64,000 bases of DNA from the human T2T-CHM13v2.0 reference genome, Homo sapiens. The notes beneath the pieces are model-generated. The model was given only the letters and a program-made list of their open reading frames with translations, searched no databases and was not told where the DNA came from. The translations under genes were made by a program, and so were the position numbers. Of this stretch, positions 47,691-64,000 are shown one piece after another (position 1 is the stretch's first letter; every line of letters begins with the position of its first letter). The stretch lies in assembly GCF_009914755.1 (NCBI RefSeq), contig NC_060932.1, one strand, 5' to 3'.

Positions 47691-48322
47691 AACCAGGGTT
47701 CTTTGCTTCCCACCTCAGGCTGTTATCATCTGCTGGGTGAGGAGGCCTGGAGGGTCGTAGTGAAGTTTCATGCTATAATCTTTTTATTTTGCTGTGTATA
47801 GATACCTGAGGTGTGTACAGGAAAATGTACGTGGTTTGCTAGATCTCAGAGTGTACCTTCATTCTCAGCAAATACTTTAGGACAGTCTCAAGCGAAAGAA
47901 TTTGGCCCGGTGTTCTTGGTGGCTTTGATTTACCCTGTGAAGTTTCAGCTGCCAAGAATCAATTAAAGCCAGGTAATTAGTGGTGCCTTCCCAACTTACA
48001 GAATGATATTTTGATAAAGCTTATTTCTCCCGGCTGTGGTACATATTACAAAGGAGTCCAGTACATCTTCTCATTCCATCAGTCAACAGACAGACTGAGC
48101 ATGTATCATATACGCCAGACACTGGGTTGTACACTAGGGTACCATGAAGCAGAGACAGCCCCGGCCATCGCGGAGGCACTCCCTCCACCGCACTGCTGTT
48201 TTTACCTGCATTCTACACATTCTACTTACCTGCAGCTGGCCTGGGTAGATTTCTAAGCCCTCAAAAGAATCTTGACGTTGCTGCAAACAAATTCTTTTCT
48301 CCATTACAATTTTTTTTTTTGA

Positions 48323-48620
<298 letters not shown>

Positions 48621-48640
48621 TAGTCAAACCAACTGACATA

Positions 48641-49372
<732 letters not shown>

Positions 49373-49399
49373 CATGTATATCCACATAACTCCATGTCA

Positions 49400-50042
<643 letters not shown>

Positions 50043-50909
50043 AGAAAAAAAGAGAAAATGAAATGTCAAAGGGCATGGGGATGAAAGATGGTCTGCAGCT
50101 ACCAGTACTTTCTGTTGTCAGTGAAAATAAATTGGTTTAGTTGCTAAAGATGAATGGATTCATCAAATTAATCTAGACAGGTGATATTCAAACATTTTCC
50201 AAACAAAATCCTATATAGAATCTCAATATAACAAAATGGTTATACTTCAACTGCCTGACCCTCTTGAGGCACATCTGAACTTATTCTGGTCCATTGTCTA
50301 CAAACAAGATGAGTGCAAGTCTCCCCAGTGATATTCTAGCATGATCTCAGTTTTACTTTTATTACAGTGCTGCTCAAGTCTGCACCAACGTTATTATAAA
50401 TTCCTTATGCTCATAGCTCTTGAACAGGTATAATAAGACAAATTTACAAAGTCAGTAAAAGCATTCCTCCCAAACCACTAAAATTTAATTTAATAATATT
50501 AATTTAATTTCCCAAATGATGTTTTGCTTAAATTAAGTGCTACTGGTAACATCAATATGAAAATGACTTCTCTGGAGAAGTTTTTGTGTGCGTTTGACAT
50601 GCCTTTACTATGTTGCAAATGTATGAAATGAGAAAGAACTCAAATTTCCCACACCCTTTTCCCTTTAAAATTACTGAACAACCTTCATTTATGTGGGGCC
50701 TCATGATATTATTTGATGTGGATATTGTGGAGACCTCTTCATTTCCTTTCTGGGTATCTCATGAAAATTAAAGCAGTACTGCCTGACACCAAAGGGAAGG
50801 TAGACACAAGCAGACCCCCAAGCCCTAGTGCGGGCAGTAGCCCTCGTTCAGTAGCCCTATGGGTTCAGTGTTATTATTCTATTCTATAATTCAGATAGAA
50901 GCTTACATG

Positions 50910-52965
<2,056 letters not shown>

Positions 52966-54524
52966 GCATTTCATTCTTAAACAGGAAAAAAACCAAACCT
53001 GTTTGTCCTTGTAGTTCAGCTACCACTCAATCCTCCTTTAGGCAGTAATACCTGAGGATGGACAGGGCCAGGGTTTGTGACCTAGGGCCACACCCATGCC
53101 CGGACCCACCTGAAGATACTTTCTATGCTCTGGGCCCTGCCACCAGCCCTGCACTTTAATTTCTCTTCAGTAAAAAGGAGACTACAACGCTTTAGGGAAA
53201 GAGTAGGAATTTCTATACACAGAAGCACTTGGAAAATTGGAGTAAGAAATAAAATGCAAAATGCTTTAAGAAACGCTCCTCATTGAAACCATCATTTTCC
53301 TCTAGGGACAGGCCTCTGAATCTCAGGTTAAATAACTCAGTAGCTGAAAGGTGTGATTACTGTCAGAAGGACTGAAATGTCTAAGGGTTGAAAAGAATTC
53401 ATGAAGGGTTTGAGCAAATGCTCTTGTCTCTGTCCTACAGAGAGGGTCAAGTTTACGAGAGAAATCCAGGGGGAAACAGCAAGTCCTGGTTCATGAGAAA
53501 CGGGGACACTGTGGGTATTCATCAGAGGGCATGACACACGGGGAGGGCTGTTCAAAGAGCCTTATTCCCCCTACCACAAACATACAGGACTACAAATATG
53601 TGGCAAAAGTGCGCTACCCTTTGGTAGCACACTTTGTAATAAAAGTCAACCTCTTCTGTAAGCTATAATCTAGTTCTTAAGAGTCTACACTTAGATTAGG
53701 TTGCAGATGAACCCATCTGACCACAAGCCTTAGAAGTTGTGCAACGTTTTCCACAAATGTTAGGTTCACAGTCCATTAGTAGGGTCCTGAGTCCTCACTG
53801 TGGTGCCAGCTCACATTCTGGTGCCTTGGGGAGAGTGTGGTGGTGGGAAATGAAAGTCTTTGAGCTGCCTGAGCAATTGGGAAACAAAGGTTGACGAGCA
53901 GTCTGACCAATCCCACTCCGTGTTCAGACTCCAGCTCCCTTTGCAGCACAGAAGAGACCAGCATGGCTGCTCCAGCCAGGGGCTGGAGGGGATGGGGCGG
54001 TGAAAGTCTTGCAAGAGCATCTCACCTAACAGAGTGGCTGGGCTGACCAGAAAGTTGGTTTCTGGCGAGGGGGTGCCTCTTTTAGATGTTGCTGTTCCCC
54101 AGAAGAGTCGGCTTCCTGCTTTTATTACTTGTGCCCATACCCCAGCCCCTGCCGTGATGTCACCCCATTTCATGGATGCAACCCTGGTCCCTCTGCTCCC
54201 CCTGCACCATTCCCAACCTGGATCTCCCATCCCGTCTGTCCCACACACACATGCACTGGGCAGCTCCAAGTGGAGTCTCTCAGACATAACGTGTCCCACG
54301 TGGAGGTCCAGAGCTCCCGCTGCACGTCTGCTCCTTTTGTGTGTGCTGTCTCATTTGAAGTCACCACTAGACACCTGAGCATCTGCTTTTGTAGTTTTAA
54401 ATAGAATTGGGGTCTTGCTACGTTGACTAGGCTGGTCTTGAACTCCTGGCCTCAAGTGATCCTCCCACCTTGGACTCCCAAAGTATTGGGATTGCAGGCT
54501 TGAGCCACCGCACCCGGCCCTGAG

Positions 54525-55456
<932 letters not shown>

Positions 55457-55844
55457 CTAAGTTTACCTTTTGGTCCTCAAAAACTATTTTTAAAACAAAT
55501 ATCCATAGTATGATACACTCATCCCCAGCAAGGGGCCTGCTAGGCACTGCTGGAGGGGAGGGGAGCTGGTGCTCTACCTCCTGCTTTGTGGTAGGGAGCA
55601 GCCTTGCAAGGGCTGAGTGGCACATTCTGCAGTGTTTACTCGTTCTATGAACTGAGCTCCCTCCTGGGCCTTAATCTCCTTAAAGAGAGAGCCTTGAATT
55701 AGAGGAAGTCTAAGTTCTCTTCATATTTCAAAGAATGCCATCAACGGAAGCAAAGTGGCTTTGCCCGGAGAATACGTGATGAATGATGAGCAGGGTACAG
55801 ACCCTTTGGCTGTGGACACCCTCTCATGGCACCATAGTGTGGGA

Positions 55845-56030
55845 TCCTGTTTAGAGCTGGGGGGATGTTTGATGCTGCTAGAGACATTGCTGATTGTTGG
55901 ACTGGGCTGGGGAGGGGTGGGCACTACTGGCACGGATTGGCAGAGGCCAGGGATGCTGCTCAGAACACACAGGGCAGCCCCTGCAACAGAGAATGATCCA
56001 GCCCAGTAGTGCCGAGGTGGAGCCGCGCTC
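55845..56030 (+). mobile_element. MER20-like hAT MITE
   Basis: CTACTGGCA...AGAGGCCAGGGATGCTGCT...CACAGGGCAGCCCC...ACAGAGAATGATCCAGCCCA. Confidence 0.75.
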
Positions 56031-56519
56031 GGGGTTTAGCCCCCACCTTCACCTGGGAACTTGCCAATAGGCCCCAGCTCGGGTGACAGTGGCTTCATCT
56101 GCTGTACAAAACCTAGAGGCAAGCACACATGTGTATCTCCTGCAGACACTAAGAAAAGTCACTGTCCCTGGGCCACCAGAGAGAATGTGAAGCTGTGTTT
56201 GTGTTTAAGCCAAAAACTTCAGGATACTTACCTGTTCAGGATTTACTTGGGTAAATTTGTCCCGACAGCCACACTATGGTATCCTACCTAAATCAGGTGG
56301 AGGTAGGCAAGGTTGGTTCTGGACAAAATTCTGATGTAGTCAAATCCACTACCTCCACTCCCAGCAAACCGTCTGTCATTTTACTGGTTCCTGCCCATGA
56401 GGAATTCACAGTCCAGGGGAGGATGTACCCCTTTACTGACTATTTCGCTTTTTGCCCTGGAAATGTTTCCATGACGCCCTCTTGGGTGATAGGAATCCCT
56501 CTTTGGTCCCTTTCTCGCT

Positions 56520-58670
<2,151 letters not shown>

Positions 58671-60869
58671 TAAAAAAGACCTCTTAGAACCACCTGGCTC
58701 TTTCCTTCTTGTAAACAGAGGCTTCACATGCATGTGTTCTGCACGTTCACCACAAGAGCCATGGAGAAAAGCACATGGGAGGCCCTGCAGGAAGAGGACG
58801 AAGGCCCCAGGCCAGGCTGCAACCCTCACTCCCTCCAGCCCAGCTGCCTTCCACGTGCAGGCTGTCCTCCTAGTCATGGTTCCCCCAGGCTCCCCAGGAC
58901 GGCAGGCCACAGCTGCTGACTATTAATAGCCAATGTTCCATGTTCTCAAGGTGACAGAGAGAGGCATGGAAATGCCTATCCTGGCCCTCTCCCACCCCTC
59001 TACCCCTGCATCTTCCCACTCTGGCGCTTCCATTTTTTGGCTGGCAGCTGGGCCAGCTCACCTGGCCTCCCAGGCTCCCCCTGAGGCTGGGTCTTCTCCC
59101 CAACACTGGGCTCTCCCACGGCATTGCCCGCCAGCCTGGCTGGGATCCTGCATTGTGCTGAGGAGCAAGGAACTAAGGATTGGTAGGAAATAATATGCAA
59201 TCCCTAGGGATTATGATAATGTGTATCTATCCTCAATTTAATCATAAGTATAGACAGTTAAATGCTAGATTATAGGCATCAGAAGTTGTTGATTGTTACT
59301 AAAAGCCAAGAGGGCAATACAATGTTATTCAACAGTACATATTCATTAAGGGAGAAAAAGGAAGTGCTTTTGAACATCCCCACTGCATATAATTTACTCT
59401 GATGAATACCCACAGAGTATGTATTTCATGTCAAATGCAAGTTAATTTTCCCTCTGGCTCTTTCCCATGAAGTTGCCACTAGGCCATAACTACTTAATCT
59501 TGACACCACTGGAGTTTCAGAAGGTCCTTACTAAATTATAGTACTGGAATAATTCCCTCTCACTCGGTCCCTTGCCTCATTCTGTCAGCTCTAGGTGTGG
59601 GTACTTTTGGCTCTGTTAGCCTCTCCACCTTTTATTCAGTCTTTCCTAGGGCCTTGCACATTGATGAATTTCTGCTGCAGACTCAGTGGTATGGGAGGCG
59701 CTGAGGGGCCACAGAAACTTCTAACTGCTTGCAATGCAGTTAAGAACATGACATGCATCCTCACAGAGTCATCTCTCTGTCCTATTACTTCCTCAACAAC
59801 TTTTTCTGTGAGTCCCTTGTCTGACCTCCAGAGAATTCATTCTCATATCTACCTTATAGAAAAGCAAGGAAAAATAACCAGCAACGAACCCAGGCATGTT
59901 TGCTTAAATGTTTAACATACAAGTTTTAGGATTACCTTTCAACCCTATTCTTCAATATTTTCCCATTGCCTGTGGTCACTCTGGTTTACGTCTTAAACAT
60001 GAATCATCCTCTTTTACTTGGAGATTCTGAGTCTCATCAATGATATCTACTCTGAAAGAGTACAGAATTTCGCCTTTTAGGAAAAGCAATTAATATTCAA
60101 GATGTTTAACTGAATTATTAAAATTTAATGAGATGGCATGGATGCTGGAAAATTATCTGATTATCTAATTGGGTGGGTCCCGCCTCTATCAAAGGCTGAC
60201 CTCTGCTACCACATGTACTCTGGACCCCTTCTTGCCCTGTCAAGACCTTCCCTCTTGCAGCTTTCCCTTTTACAGCTTCCTCTATTTTGCAAGATTTTCT
60301 CTCTCTCCATTGGATCATACACATAAGCAAACATGCTCTAGTATCTATTGTCTTTAAAAATAGCAAAACTGAGCCAAGTGTGGTGGTTTGCACTTGTAAT
60401 CTCAGCTACTCAGGAGGCTGAGACAGAAGGACTGTTTGAAGCCAGGAGTTCAAGACTAACCTGGGCAACACAGTAAGACCCCATCTAAAAAAAAAAAAAA
60501 AAAGCAAAACTGTTTTTGGAATACATGTTCCCCTCCAGCTATTGTCTCCTATTTCTTCTTGGTAGTTTGTCTTTATTCTGTCTCAGATTTCTCCCTTCCC
60601 ATTCACCCCTTAACCCATAGCAGTTGGGCATTGGAAAATGTAGTCTCCAGCTGTTGGGCCCAGTTAAAATGCAAGGTGGTGTATTCTGTTACTAGAAGGA
60701 CAAAGAGAAGAGCACACACTGGGAGACAGTCGGCTGTCTGCCATATTGCGTGGCTCCACAACACTCTAAGACCTTGGAATGCTTTAACTTTGAGCTACAG
60801 TAAACTATACATACATAGAACAAGGACATATATATGTATATATGGAGAGAGAGAGAAAGAGGAGAGAAT

Positions 60870-62650
<1,781 letters not shown>

Positions 62651-63233
62651 CTTTGGGCTTTGTGTGTGGAATTTTGAGAGGCTTTGGTTGAGTGCGCAAA
62701 CCTCCAGAAAGGATTTACTTTTAACTTCTGCCAGCTGCCCTCAACCCAAGACCACTCTAAGTTAAAGTTCTCAGCTCTGGGGTTTCTGGACAGCTCAGGT
62801 GATTTAAATTCATTCCCCAAATCCATGTGCCAGAAGGCTAACATTATACATTTTCAGGGGCCTTTTTCCCCTGCACCTAGAGCCAAGGCCAAAGCAGATA
62901 CGCTTCTTTGTCATGATCGTGCTGCGGTGTGGAGTTTTTCGGGCCCAACTTTTCACTGAGCGTGGCAAATATATGTGATGCAGCTCATTTCCAGCTTCCC
63001 AAATTATATGGACCCAAGGCCTTACCTCATGAGGCCATTCAAACTCAGGGCCTTGGAAGCTGAGAATGGTAAAAAACTCCTTCATAGGGTCTATGGACAG
63101 AGGCTGTCAGACCTGCTTACCACCATGGTTTCCTGGTCTCTTCATTTCCGACTCCTGAGAATTGCCCCTGCTGCCTTGAAAGTGCAGTCAAATATTTTTT
63201 TGAAAAAAAAAGCTTAAAAAATTATTGTATTCA

Positions 63234-63514
63234 GGCTGGGCGCGGTGGCTTATGCCCGTAATCCCAGAAATTTGGGGGGCCAAGGTGGGTGGATCATTTG
63301 AGGTCAGAGGTTCCAGACCAGCCTGGCCAACACGATGAAACCCTGTCTCTACTAAAAGTACAAAAATTAGCCGGGCGTCGTTGTGGGTGCCTGTAATCCC
63401 AGCTACTCGGCAGGCTGAGGCAGGAGAATCACTGAAACCTGGGAGGTGGAGGTTTCAGTGAGTCGAGATCATGTCAGTGCACCCCAGCCTGGGTGACAGA
63501 ATGAGACTCCATCT

Positions 63515-63588
<74 letters not shown>
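63234..63588 (+). mobile_element. AluS with an A35-(TA)19 tail
   Basis: Alu body; A 63516-63550, TA 63551-63588; TSD GTATTCA. Confidence 0.92.
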
Positions 63589-63591
<3 letters not shown>

Positions 63592-64000
63592 TTCAATATT
63601 TTTAGATGTTTTATTTAGCATTGCTTTAGCAGGATATCTACTCCACCTTATTAGTGGAAAAGGTAGTTTTCTCCCATATTCAAAAATCACTTACCCTTAG
63701 GAAAAAATATTTTGCAAAAAAAAGAAATATTATCATAACCAGAAAAAAAAATTGGCTGGAAGTTACCAAACCCAGATCTATAAATGTTGCTTACATCTTG
63801 GACTGCTCTAGAAACCCAGACGTGGTAACAGGGATGCCTGAATTAGGCTGCATTCTATTTAGGCAACTTTATCTTATATAATTTCACATATGTATCTTTA
63901 TCTTTGCCTCCCTAATGTGAATTGTATTCTAGCATTGATGTAATTATACGAGCCAAATGGAAGACTAGTTAAGAAATATACATGATCAGGCCAGGCAGGG

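Noticed and set aside
50821-50869. Three AGCCCT...CAGT mini-units
   Set aside because: Short degenerate slippage repeat, no further structure

Overview
Primate (human-like) non-coding genomic DNA, very repeat-dense. About 70 Alu copies or fragments cover roughly a third of the window (counted by eye). I see no credible intact protein-coding gene: the long ORFs are Alu, LTR12, L1, transposon or microsatellite frames. Main content: two complete solo LTR12 (ERV9) elements with 4-bp TSDs that face each other 22.7 kb apart; a near-full-length Charlie1 (hAT) transposon stretched over about 11.6 kb by nested L1, Tigger3, THE1, Tigger4 and Alu insertions; several L1, L2, MIR and MaLR/ERVL relics; a MADE2 MITE next to a CTCF-like site; and a degraded NDUFA4 (COXFA4) retrocopy. 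Not explained by repeat families are an 82-bp palindrome-rich diverged direct repeat (20138/22361), repeated Alu insertions at duplicated target sites, Alu-associated deletions and a G4 motif replacing an Alu tail. Repeat family names come from my recall of consensus sequences, not from a search, and many boundaries are approximate. I cannot support a genuinely new biological system; the best candidates are listed as hypotheses.
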